DNA of 64,000 bases from Candidatus Poribacteria bacterium. GTDB taxonomy: Bacteria > Poribacteria > WGA-4E > WGA-3G. The position numbers and the translations under genes are program-made. This document shows positions 20,334 to 29,874 of the stretch, piece after piece. The stretch lies in NCBI GenBank assembly GCA_965197475.1, contig CBDANF010000003.1:2688001-2752000 (forward strand). Reading direction: 5' to 3'. A model generated the notes under the pieces. That model searched no databases. It had not been told where the DNA came from and worked only from the letters and a program-made list of their open reading frames with translations. How positions within the stretch are numbered: the first letter of the stretch is position 1; each line of letters begins with the position of its first letter.

Positions 20334-21138
20334 ATGGACCGTAAGAAGGATACCGCCTACGGTATCAATCGACTGGAATCCAAGAATGCCAGAGCCGCTA
20401 TTATTCAGAAGATTTCAGCAGACTTTAATCTAATGCCTCTCGTTGCTGAAGCCTACTATAAACAGATTTCCACCTACTTTGAACAGCACGCCGATGTGCA
20501 ACTTACCTCAGGGCAAATCTGCTATGAGGCAGTCGCCGCTGAGGAACCCGCAGGCAAACACATCGCTTTAGCGAAAAAAGTTTCCTGTCGACTCAAGCTC
20601 AACGATGTTGAAGCCGACCTTGAAGTTTTAGCGACTTATGGGCTCGCAGGTCTCAGACGGAGGACCTCGGATCCTCCGATTGACCCAAGAAGCTTATGAC
20701 CAAGAAGCCTTGCTGAGTTATGAGGATTTGGCGGTGTTATTAACCACCAGTCCTGCCACCGTCAAACGCGACATCCGAGCGTTGAAGCAGTCCGGCTATT
20801 TCGTGATGACGCGCGGGGCGAAACACGACATGGGCCCGGGACTGTCTCATAAGACGCAGATTCTCGAGCTGTACTTCAAAGCATACACCTTCACCGAGAT
20901 TGAGCAAAAGACGAACCACTCCGAACGGGCTGTCTACCGCTACTTGAGGGACTTCACACAAGTCGCTACGCTCCATCATCAAGGCTTTCCTAACGCACAG
21001 ATACGCCTGATCACCCATCTATCTGACCGGTTGATCCGCGAGTATCTCTCACTCTATGAGGAATACCAACACACAGATCGCATGACCCAACTCCTTAGCC
21101 CAGAACCTGAGGACACAAAAAAGGGGGACCGCTCATGA
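20334..21138 (+). pseudogene. DUF1670-family protein, split by a frameshift near 20660-20667
   Basis: ORF 20322-20699 (likely start ATG 20334 after GGAGG) and ORF 20638-21138 join as ...GLAGLRR/RILRLTQEAYDQEALLSYEDLAVLL...TRGAKHDMGPGLSHK...TNHSERAVYRYLRDF, collinear with the next gene. Confidence 0.75.
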
Positions 21139-22019
21139 GCAAACCTCTAACCCGCACGCAAATCAACGAGAAGAAATTCAGACGCATCAACGATAAGTCC
21201 CTACGACAGTTGCTCATCCACCGCTTTCTCAATGACTACGGTTATGACAAAGGCGAAGTCACTGCCACCGCCATTGTTGATGATATTCTCAAAACCGTTG
21301 AGGACTATTTCGTGATTACCCTTCCTTTGGAGAAACTCGCCACTGGTGACGCACTCCCAGAGGAGCGGCTGCTGAGCTATGGACACCTCGTTTGGATGGC
21401 TGTCCCCATTGAGGAACATCCAGAGAGAGGAAAGTCCATCGTCAAAACCCGCATGAAACCTGTCATCCTGACTTACCTCGCCGCAGAGGATATTGAATCG
21501 TTTCGCAATGGCTTTACCTCTCGGCAACTGCGGATCAATCGCTTGGTCCGCTGGTGTCATCAAACTTATGACCAAGGTGCCTTATTGACCCAACTCGACT
21601 TGGCAGTCTTGCTCAACGTCTGTGATGCTGTCGTCAGTGATTATGTCAATGAATGGCAAAAAACCACTGGAGAACTCTTGCCCACCCGTGGCAATATCCA
21701 TGACTTATCGGGGGCTATTACCCACAAGAAAGAGATCATAACCCTCTATCTTCAAGGACATCTCACCCCCAGGATTGCCGCAAAGACCAAACACTCTAAG
21801 GAGGCAGTTGACCGATACATCCGCGATTATGAGAGCGTCAAAGTCGTTCACACCGCAACCGCAGATATTGACAAAATCTCACAGATTACACGACTTTCTA
21901 AACGTGTCATCTCTCAATATCTCGACCTCATACCGCAGCACCAACTCCAAGCCATAGATGCAGACCTTGCCAATTCAGACTCAAACGATGAAGCCACTCA
22001 CCAAGGAGAAGCCCAATGA
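21135..22019 (+). CDS. DUF1670-family protein
   Basis: RLVRWCHQTYDQGALLTQLDLAVLL, PTRGNIHD, THKKEII, KHSKEAVDRYIRD; ATGA overlap with the upstream paralog. Confidence 0.8.
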   Translation: MSKPLTRTQINEKKFRRINDKSLRQLLIHRFLNDYGYDKGEVTATAIVDDILKTVEDYFVITLPLEKLATGDALPEERLLSYGHLVWMAVPIEEHPERGKSIVKTRMKPVILTYLAAEDIESFRNGFTSRQLRINRLVRWCHQTYDQGALLTQLDLAVLLNVCDAVVSDYVNEWQKTTGELLPTRGNIHDLSGAITHKKEIITLYLQGHLTPRIAAKTKHSKEAVDRYIRDYESVKVVHTATADIDKISQITRLSKRVISQYLDLIPQHQLQAIDADLANSDSNDEATHQGEAQ

Positions 22020-22086
22020 GACCCTAATCCTATGTTCCCGACGAACTTTACTTCGCAAAACCGGGGCAGGTGCCTTGAAAGGACGC

Positions 22087-22116
22087 TTGACAGTCCGCTA
22101 TCGGTTTTGCTATACT
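22087..22116 (+). promoter_or_regulatory. Internal outward-facing sigma70 promoter of the DUF1670 element
   Basis: TTGACA-18 bp-TATACT with an extended -10 TG. Confidence 0.65.
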
Positions 22117-22122
22117 TTAGAC

Positions 22123-22248
22123 ATGTGGATCGCTCAGCGCATCGTTTCTCAAAGAGGATGCTCGCGATCCCAACGCAACCAACTCATCAACGATCGCTGG
22201 GAAGTTTCCAATAAACATCAGCCTTCCAGCTATCCTATGGTCATTTGA
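22123..22248 (+). ncRNA. Candidate structured ncRNA at the element's right end
   Basis: Stem GGATCGC/GCGATCC with inner GCATC/GATGC and CTC-AAA-GAG (22127-22170); second stem GCTGGGAAG/CTTCCAGC (22196-22230). Confidence 0.4.
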
Positions 22249-22250
22249 TA

Positions 22251-25139
22251 CTATTTCAGAATGAGCATTTTTCGTGTTGCTGTGAATTGTCCTGCAGTTA
22301 GGGTGTAGAAATAGACACCGCTTGCGACAGGTTCACCAAGTTCATTTTTTCCATCCCAATGTGCTGCATGGCTGCGATACTCATAGAGTCCGGCAGACTG
22401 ATGCCCTAAAACTAAAGTACGGATCAACTTTCCATCGCCTGAATGGATATGAAGTGTTACATCCGCTGCTTCCGCCAATTGATACGGTATCCAGGTTTCA
22501 GGATTGAATGGATTTGGATAGTTCGGGAGAAGTGCTGTTTTTTGTGGAGCCAGTGCTGCAAGGAGTTGTTCCAATACCAAGATACCGCGTTGAAAAGTGG
22601 GATCAGTTAGTGCTAATTGTCGGGCATCCTGTAACCACTGCTGTACCTGTGTCTTTGTAAGGGTTTTCTTAAGGTCCCGACCCCAGCTTGCGGGCGCAGC
22701 ACTTGAGGAATTTGCCATAGCCGCTGCAACCAAGGTAAGATCTACGATATTAACTATCTCATCACTGTTTACATCCGCCAGATTTCCCCCCTCCTGCCCA
22801 AAATTTGAGGCAACTATTGTCAAATCTTGTATGTCAACGACTCCATCGCCATTCAGGTCGCCTTGTTGAAGTAGAGGTGTCGTTATCTGTCCAACCCCAA
22901 CGCGAGCGTAAAAAACGCCACCTGAGCCATCAGTCAGTCGCACGTTAGATAAGGTTAGCTTAGATGCCTTGGGGGCGACAATTTCAAAGGTAAGTGTGGC
23001 AAGGGTGCCAGCTCCGAAAGTTTCTCCGGCAAGAGACGTTGCCGCAAGCGTTACTGTATTTTCCTTAACAATTGCTGGCACAGAAAACGCCCCCATCGGC
23101 AGAAAACCACCATCAGTACTTCCGACATATCGGAGCGCGGATGTGTCATACCTAACGGTTGCCTGATACCCAGCCACACTTCCTGCATTTTCAATATTAA
23201 GGGAAAACGTAAGCTGCCCATCTATGGCAGGAGAAACCACTGAGGATGGAGAAAAACTAACAGCGGCATAAGTGTTAGTTGAGGGGGTAAAATCCCATAG
23301 GAGTGATGTGCCATCTGAGCTGCTACTTGCAAGCGTGCTCCCATCTGGACTGAGAGCAACGCTCAGAATACCACTTGTATGCCCAGTAAGTGTCTGAAGG
23401 TGTTGACCTGACACAGTATCCCATACACGAACGGTGCGATCATTACTACCACTAACAAGTGTCCCTCCATCCCTACTATAAGCAACGCTCCAGACCCAAT
23501 TCGTATGTTCAGTAAGTGTCTGGAGTTCAACCCCAAAGACAGTATCCCAAATTCGGACAGTGTTATCATCACTGCCGCTCGCAAGCATGTAGCCATTTGG
23601 ACTAAACGCAACGCTTCTCACATAATCCGTATGTCCAATAAGTGTTTGCTTAGGTTCACCGGACGCGACATCCCATAGTTGTATAGTGTCATCTGCACTA
23701 CCACTCGCAATTGTAGAACCATCTGCACTGAAAGCAACACTCAGAACAGAATTTGTGTGCCCAGTGAATGTTTTCAGCTCTTCTCCGGAAGCAGTATCCC
23801 ATAGTTTGATAGTGCCGTCTTGACTCCCACTCGCAATTGTAAACCCATCAGGACTAAAGGCGACACTCCAGACCCAATCCGTGTGTCCTATAAGTGTCCG
23901 AAGGTATTCACCTGTAGATGCATTCCATAACCGGATAGTCCCATCGTCACTACCACTCGCAAGCGTATTTCCATCAGAACTGAAGGCAATACTCCAGACC
24001 CAATCATCATGTCCTATTAACATCTGCTGGTGTTGCCCCGTGGTGGCATCCCACAGATTAATTGTGTTGTCTGAACCACCGGTTGCTACCACGTTTCCAT
24101 TAGTACTGAACGCAACGCTCAAAAAATAATTTGTATACCCAGTTAGCACCTGCCGCTGTCCACCGAAGACAGCATCCCACAAGCGGACAGTGCCATCTGC
24201 ACTACCACTCGCAATTGTGCCTCCACTGGTGCTAAACGCGACACTTAGAACAACATTTGTATGACCAGGAAGTTCCTGTTGCGGTTGTCCAGTAACAGTA
24301 TCCCACAAGCGGACAGTGCCATCTGCACTACCACTCGCAATTGTGCCTCCATTTGGACTAAACGCGACACTATAGACAGGACCTTCATGGCCCGGCAGTG
24401 TCTGCTTGAGCACACCGAAGGCTGTATACCAAAGCCGTATAGTGCCATCACGGCTAGCACTTGCGAGTGTTCCTTCATTCGGACTGAATGCAACACTAAA
24501 GACAGAATCTTCATGTTCAGTAAGGATATATTGTTGTTCACCAGTTGCAACATCCCATAATTGGACAGATGTGTCTAAACTGCCGCTTGCAAGTGTTGCT
24601 CCGGACGGACTGAATGCAACACTCGTAACAGCATCAAAATGCCCGGGAAGCGTCCGCAGGTGTTCACGAGTTGTATAATTCCAAAGTCGTATGGTGCCAT
24701 CAGCACTCCCACTGGCAAGTGTTTGGCTATCTGGACTAAATGCAAGACTCGAAACCACATCTGTGTGGCCCGGAAGTGTCTCTTGAGGTTCGCCAGTTGT
24801 AGTATTCCAAAGTTGGATAGTGCCATCAGCACTCCCACTGGCAAGTGTTTGACTATCTGAACTAAATGCAGCACAGTAAACGGTCTGTGCCTCTCCAGTG
24901 AACAATGCCATCTCCTCATAAGTTTGTGCATTATAAAGCCAAATACCGATAGAACTAACAACAGCCAGACGTGCGCCATCTGGTGAATATGTTAGCTCGC
25001 TTAGCCTACCTTTACCGAGACGCGCTTTCGCGTTTTCCGGTAAACTCAATTGCATAGTGTCTTGAGCAAAGGTTTTGGGTAGAAAAAGCGATGAAACAGA
25101 AAGTAGGGTTAAAAAAATAAATAACAACGTTTTTTTCAT
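22251..25139 (-). CDS. Secreted WD40-repeat protein with cohesin-like, dockerin-like and FlgD/T9SS-like C-terminal domains
   Basis: About 13 WD40 repeats; VAGYQATVRYD..L; GDLNGDGVVDIQDL..ADVNSDEIVNIVDL; LLPNYPNPFNPETWIPYQL...WDGKNELGEPVASGVYFY. Confidence 0.9.
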   Translation of the reverse strand: MKKTLLFIFLTLLSVSSLFLPKTFAQDTMQLSLPENAKARLGKGRLSELTYSPDGARLAVVSSIGIWLYNAQTYEEMALFTGEAQTVYCAAFSSDSQTLASGSADGTIQLWNTTTGEPQETLPGHTDVVSSLAFSPDSQTLASGSADGTIRLWNYTTREHLRTLPGHFDAVTSVAFSPSGATLASGSLDTSVQLWDVATGEQQYILTEHEDSVFSVAFSPNEGTLASASRDGTIRLWYTAFGVLKQTLPGHEGPVYSVAFSPNGGTIASGSADGTVRLWDTVTGQPQQELPGHTNVVLSVAFSTSGGTIASGSADGTVRLWDAVFGGQRQVLTGYTNYFLSVAFSTNGNVVATGGSDNTINLWDATTGQHQQMLIGHDDWVWSIAFSSDGNTLASGSDDGTIRLWNASTGEYLRTLIGHTDWVWSVAFSPDGFTIASGSQDGTIKLWDTASGEELKTFTGHTNSVLSVAFSADGSTIASGSADDTIQLWDVASGEPKQTLIGHTDYVRSVAFSPNGYMLASGSDDNTVRIWDTVFGVELQTLTEHTNWVWSVAYSRDGGTLVSGSNDRTVRVWDTVSGQHLQTLTGHTSGILSVALSPDGSTLASSSSDGTSLLWDFTPSTNTYAAVSFSPSSVVSPAIDGQLTFSLNIENAGSVAGYQATVRYDTSALRYVGSTDGGFLPMGAFSVPAIVKENTVTLAATSLAGETFGAGTLATLTFEIVAPKASKLTLSNVRLTDGSGGVFYARVGVGQITTPLLQQGDLNGDGVVDIQDLTIVASNFGQEGGNLADVNSDEIVNIVDLTLVAAAMANSSSAAPASWGRDLKKTLTKTQVQQWLQDARQLALTDPTFQRGILVLEQLLAALAPQKTALLPNYPNPFNPETWIPYQLAEAADVTLHIHSGDGKLIRTLVLGHQSAGLYEYRSHAAHWDGKNELGEPVASGVYFYTLTAGQFTATRKMLILK

Positions 25140-25365
25140 TATGAGGATTCTCCTTTACGGCAGCTGGCTTCCGAATGTTTTAGCGTGCGAATCAATTACG
25201 CAATGTTGAATGTTGTTCGTTTAAAAGTGTATCATAAATAGAAGTATATCACAAAAGGATGTGAATGTCAATTTTTAGTGGGAAGCGATGTAGGTTAGAA
25301 TATTGGCAGGCAGCACATACTCAGTGCTTCAACTGTTGACTCTGGTTTATGTCAGGGGTAGGAAC

Positions 25366-26202
25366 TTAAGACCAGACAAATATTTCGTTATCGTCTGGGG
25401 AATACCCGATGAATACTGCCAAGACTATTCTGGCACGCGCCCCTTGAACGGGTGGCACTTCGTGGATACAACGTGTGTTGAAAAAGTAGAGGTCCCCTTG
25501 TCCTAAATTGACTTGACAGTTATCTATTCCGTTCGCAGCAGCATACGTATCAAACGTTTCTGCAGCGATATGTGGTTGAATGTTTTCTGACCAGAGGCAT
25601 CGGTGTAGAATAGCTTGTGTTCCTCTACCGGTTGCATCCGCATTTTGGACGCATAACACACCTGCAAACTGATGTTCAAAGCGGTAAACAGCATAATCGG
25701 CGCGTTGCTCTCGGTATTTGACACTATCAATGTGCGGTTTATAACTATGTGTTTCGTAATGAACGCGGAAGATAGCCGGACCGTAAAGTGATCCGTCCGG
25801 TTCACGTGCAACCTTAACCTCTTTTCCGGGGGAAAGCGCAGCGAGGGATTCGTAAATCAAGTTAACAGGATTATCAAATCCATCAAATAGAAATTGGAAA
25901 AGATGGTGTGTTGCTTCTGCATGCGCTAAAAAACCGGTTTTATCGATGCCACGATTGCCGAGACTCGTACCGATATCAATACGGGTGCGCTTATCGGCAG
26001 AGTTGATGTCTGCCTCGTCGCGCATCAATCCCATATTTGTGAATCTATTGATGAGTCCTTGGCACTGTTCAGGTGAGTACGCTTTCCGGAGAATAATGGC
26101 TGGTATTTCCGCCTGTGAAAGCGAATAAATAGGGTCTTTATACTTTTCACAAACCGTTTTGAGGTCAGGCTCCGCAGGAAACCAATTTGTTTCATTTTGC
26201 AT
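25366..26202 (-). CDS. 2OG-Fe(II) oxygenase-like protein
   Basis: PHID...GDLYFFN..CIHEV...R facial-triad pattern. Confidence 0.65.
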   Translation of the reverse strand: MQNETNWFPAEPDLKTVCEKYKDPIYSLSQAEIPAIILRKAYSPEQCQGLINRFTNMGLMRDEADINSADKRTRIDIGTSLGNRGIDKTGFLAHAEATHHLFQFLFDGFDNPVNLIYESLAALSPGKEVKVAREPDGSLYGPAIFRVHYETHSYKPHIDSVKYREQRADYAVYRFEHQFAGVLCVQNADATGRGTQAILHRCLWSENIQPHIAAETFDTYAAANGIDNCQVNLGQGDLYFFNTRCIHEVPPVQGARARIVLAVFIGYSPDDNEIFVWS

Positions 26203-26282
26203 AAGATACTCACTTCTGTAAATCCGCTTAATCTTGTGTCGTGTGTAGCGATCAGCAATTCAGATAGGCATTATGCTGAAAT

Positions 26283-27107
26283 TTAGAATTTCGGATTGAA
26301 GAGATAATCATCTAATTTCTCGGCTACGAATTCAGCATTATGGTCAAGTTCACTGTTTTCAAAAGCGGCTTCACATCCAGTTTGATATTTCAAACGTCTG
26401 CCTAAACGGAACCAGCGGACACGATGAATCATTGCTATCATGTGGCGTGGTTCGTCAGATTGGTTTGGTACACCACGGTGCCAAAGCCGCATATCGCGAA
26501 TCAACGCGCTCCCTTTTTTCGCAATTGCACGGATTGGTGGCGCGATTTCGCGACGTTCTGCCTCATGTTCTTCATCAATGTGTCGACCACTAACATCCAG
26601 ATGTGATCCGGGCCACAGTTCTACACTGCCGTTCGCTTCCGTTGTGTCTTGAGGTGAAATATTGACAACCACCTCAGCTGCAGGGTGTGCCACTTCCATA
26701 TTTTGCCACAGATGATCACCATCTCTATGAAGCGGTTGTGTGGAACTACCGGGGCAGTTGGTGTTACCGTTATAAAAATTATTGTAAACGCCTGGACCGA
26801 GCAGTTCCTTCGTCACCTGAATAACGTAAGGGTTCGCAACGATGTCACTAAAGATATATGGAGCAAACGGAGGCGGTCCCTGCTGGAGATGCCCTTTGAG
26901 CATCCCTGCACCACCCCATTTTTTCGCTTTAATCAGGATTTGCGAATCGGCATCCATCCGTTCTCGTAATATATCCAGATGCTCATCGTTAATAATGTTC
27001 TCTATGACAACATACCCATCAACGCTAATCGCTTCAACTGCTTGTTTGATATGCGTTTCTGTGAGTTTGCCAGCAGATAATTCATTCGGTTGAGCTGTTA
27101 TTACCAT
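26283..27107 (-). CDS. Phytanoyl-CoA dioxygenase (PhyH) family protein
   Basis: DGYVVIE, QPLHRD, NGSVELWPGSH, RLWHRG.PN; start 27107 overlaps the end of lysC. Confidence 0.85.
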   Translation of the reverse strand: MVITAQPNELSAGKLTETHIKQAVEAISVDGYVVIENIINDEHLDILRERMDADSQILIKAKKWGGAGMLKGHLQQGPPPFAPYIFSDIVANPYVIQVTKELLGPGVYNNFYNGNTNCPGSSTQPLHRDGDHLWQNMEVAHPAAEVVVNISPQDTTEANGSVELWPGSHLDVSGRHIDEEHEAERREIAPPIRAIAKKGSALIRDMRLWHRGVPNQSDEPRHMIAMIHRVRWFRLGRRLKYQTGCEAAFENSELDHNAEFVAEKLDDYLFNPKF

Positions 27108-28455
27108 TGAAAAATTCCTCATAGAGTGCTTGAACTGCAATGTCCATATCTGTTGATTTTACGCCAAACATCATGCTAACCTCATTTGAACCTTGGTTGA
27201 TAATTTCTATATTTACTTTCGCACTTGCTAATGCACTTGTTGCTCGTGAGGCTATACCGACAGTGTGCCGCATACCTTCACCGACAACCATGATGAGAGA
27301 TAAGCCTCGCTCTACAGAAACATCTTCAGGCGCGAGCGTTTGCCGAATCTTTTCCACTACCCTTTTCTCTTTTTCAGCAGGTAGATTTTCTTCTCGGAGG
27401 ATGACAGACATATTGTCAATACCGGAGGGAATATGTTCAAAAGAGATATTTTCACCTTCTAATATCTGAAGTAGCCGTCTACCGAACCCTATCTGTCGGT
27501 TCATCAGATACTTGCTAAGGTAGACACAACAGACATTGCTCATCGCGGCAATACCCACAACAGGGATTTTCCTTGAGTTGCAGTGCGGAACAATCAATGT
27601 GCCAGCAGCTTTTGGATTGTGCGTATTTCGGATGTGGACAGGCACCATTGCGCGATACACAGGTTCAAGTGCCTCATCGTGAAATACTGAAAAACCGGCG
27701 TAAGAAAGTTCGCGCATCTCACGGTAGGTTAGTTCCGCAATCGGGGCAGGATTCGGCACAATAGAAGGATTTGCAGCGAACACTGAGTCAACATCTGTGA
27801 AGTTCTCATAGACTTCTGCCCGAACAGCACTGGCGAGAATAGCACCAGTAATATCTGATCCCCCACGAGAAAAGGTTACAATATTGCCTTCTTTTGAATA
27901 TCCGAAAAAGCCTGGGAAGATCGTGATACCGGAACGTTCGCTTAGACTTCGCAGGCGGTTATATGCCTCAGGAAGAACTTGCGCACTGCCCGGTTCGTCG
28001 GACAGTAGTAAGCCAGCGTCCTTCGGATTCACGTAGTGTGCTTCTACGCCGCGTGCTTGCAACACCTGCGCAATTAGACGGGCACAATTATCCTCTCCGC
28101 CTGCCTTCATTGTATCCATATAGAGATCAGCATCGGTTGTGCTGTTTTCTAAACGTTGAGTCAAGTCCTTTGCGATAGGTTCAATAACCTCGGCGGGGAG
28201 TTCCAATTCAGAAGCGATATTCCTGTAACGTTCAATTGCCTCAGCACATTCCGATGCACCGATTTTTCCCATTAGTCTTTCCGATGCGGCTGCAATCAGC
28301 AGGTCGGTTACTTTTATGTCTTGGCTGTGACGTTTTCCGGGTGCTGATACGACAATTAACCGCCGTGTGGAGTCGGTTGTGATAATGTCACAAACTCGGT
28401 GAACCTGCTCGCCTGTTGCGAGGGAACTCCCACCAAACTTTGATACTTTTAACAA
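27082..28455 (-). CDS. lysC: Aspartate kinase (monofunctional, two ACT domains)
   Basis: KFGGSSLA, VVSAPGKR, FSRGGSDITG, FTDVD, ELSYAGFSVFH. Confidence 0.9.
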   Translation of the reverse strand: MLKVSKFGGSSLATGEQVHRVCDIITTDSTRRLIVVSAPGKRHSQDIKVTDLLIAAASERLMGKIGASECAEAIERYRNIASELELPAEVIEPIAKDLTQRLENSTTDADLYMDTMKAGGEDNCARLIAQVLQARGVEAHYVNPKDAGLLLSDEPGSAQVLPEAYNRLRSLSERSGITIFPGFFGYSKEGNIVTFSRGGSDITGAILASAVRAEVYENFTDVDSVFAANPSIVPNPAPIAELTYREMRELSYAGFSVFHDEALEPVYRAMVPVHIRNTHNPKAAGTLIVPHCNSRKIPVVGIAAMSNVCCVYLSKYLMNRQIGFGRRLLQILEGENISFEHIPSGIDNMSVILREENLPAEKEKRVVEKIRQTLAPEDVSVERGLSLIMVVGEGMRHTVGIASRATSALASAKVNIEIINQGSNEVSMMFGVKSTDMDIAVQALYEEFFNGNNSSTE

Positions 28456-28527
28456 TCCATAGCCTCCAATTCAATGTCGTATGTTGGTAACAATTATACC
28501 ACAGTTCTAATTATTAAAGAAAGGGAT

Positions 28528-28851
28528 TCATAAATCACGTGTGCTGCTTGTCACCGAACCGCCATCATACGTTTGAGGGCCCGTATGCGTATTTCCACAA
28601 GTTACAATGACCGGCACCGGATATTGATGCGTATATGATGGTCCATAAGATGGCACATTCGGATGTTTACATCGCCAAAATGTATACGTGCATCTATCAC
28701 CATTTGAGTTAGTGGTAGTGCACTGTTCTTGAACATGCTGCAAAGTGCTACGATTACACGCATACTCGACATGCCCGCAGTTCCACGCAACAGAGATATG
28801 GGCATCTGCCTGACACGCGTAGAACGCATGTAATGTGCAATAGCCAGACAT
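28528..28851 (-). pseudogene. Cys/His-rich ORF, probably the remnant of a gene truncated by IS982
   Basis: CGH.EYAC, C...NSNGDRCTYTFWRC; ATG only 11 bp from the IS end with no SD. Confidence 0.45.
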
Positions 28852-28861
28852 ACTATTAATA

Positions 28862-29874
28862 ACGTGAGTTTGATAAATATTTTTAGAAGTTACATATCAT
28901 TGGCAACTGACAGTCTTTTTCCTGAAGTTCTTTATGTTTGAGTAAAGGTTTCTTCTTCAGACAGGTATAAGCGATCAAGGCAGCAACTGTGTTCACTTGA
29001 AAGTTAACAGGACTTCTATGTCGTGTGTGTTGTCCCTCTGTCTGACTTTTGAGTTCTTTATTTACGGACTCAACGAGCATCCGTTTCTTCAAGAGTGCTG
29101 TATCAGCATCAGACAAAGGTTCAGGTTTCATATTCGGACGCACTTTGTAAATGAGGGACACGCCTTCTTCTTGGAGTCTCTCCCGCAGATTTTTGGCGAT
29201 ATATCCTTTATCGGCAAATAGTTTGCCAAAGAGCCCACGACACAACTGTGGCACGGGTTGCCTGTCATCTACGTTTCCCCGTGCCACCATAGCGGACAAC
29301 AGTTCACCTTGGTCGTTGATGACGACATGTAGTTTGAACCCATAGAACCATCCCATAGAAGTTTTAGCACGACCCGCACACTCAGCGAAGACGCGATGCG
29401 TTGAAATCCGACGATTGTGGCAGACCGGAAGGGGTGTTGAGTCTATGAAGGAAATCCCACGACATTCACCGAAACGGGTGTTCAGAAAAATAGACAACGG
29501 AACCAATACCTCTTGTGAGAGCTGCACAAAACGACTATAGCTGACAAGTTTTGGAAACGCCCAACGCAACTGGCAGCAAACATAATCCTGATAATAGGCT
29601 TTAAAGTTTTTATACCGCTTCTGATGAAAATGCACAAGTATCGTCATGACTTCGCTCGGATGAAGACACCGAAGTCTGCCACGGGTATTGCTTGTTCCGG
29701 GGATTTCCGGTAACTGGTGTTGTGCTTGATAGTGTTCGGACGCAAGAAAAAAGTTGTCAATTTCACAGAAAAGTGTTATGATATCCATCAGAGAACTCCT
29801 TTGTCCGTATTTGATATACTTCATAATAACAAAGAGGTTCTCTATTTACCAGTTTTTAATTATCAAACTCACGT
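28862..29874 (-). mobile_element. IS982-family insertion sequence (1013 bp)
   Basis: TIR ACGTGAGTTTGATAA/TTATCAAACTCACGT; no TSD visible. Confidence 0.9.
28883..29788 (-). CDS. IS982-family DDE transposase
   Basis: MDIITLFCEIDNF, LVSYSRFV, FIDSTPLPVC, WFYGFKLH, LFADKGY, KRMLVESVNKELK. Confidence 0.92.
   Translation of the reverse strand: MDIITLFCEIDNFFLASEHYQAQHQLPEIPGTSNTRGRLRCLHPSEVMTILVHFHQKRYKNFKAYYQDYVCCQLRWAFPKLVSYSRFVQLSQEVLVPLSIFLNTRFGECRGISFIDSTPLPVCHNRRISTHRVFAECAGRAKTSMGWFYGFKLHVVINDQGELLSAMVARGNVDDRQPVPQLCRGLFGKLFADKGYIAKNLRERLQEEGVSLIYKVRPNMKPEPLSDADTALLKKRMLVESVNKELKSQTEGQHTRHRSPVNFQVNTVAALIAYTCLKKKPLLKHKELQEKDCQLPMICNF

Larger units (their letters stand above)
20243..22248 (+). 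mobile_element. Putative 2006-bp insertion element encoding two DUF1670 paralogs
   Basis: Ends TCAAATGCCC...GGTCATTTGA, each flanked by TA (20241-20242, 22249-22250); sits between the HAD gene and the stop codon of the convergent WD40 gene. Confidence 0.6.

Noticed and set aside
21958-22248. 96-aa ORF as a third gene of the DUF1670 element
   Set aside because: Overlaps the upstream gene out of frame, has no SD or motif, and spans a consensus promoter and hairpins.
22251-25139. Diversity-generating retroelement repeats
   Set aside because: Near-identical DNA segments correspond to WD40 units; no reverse transcriptase and no adenine-specific variation evident.
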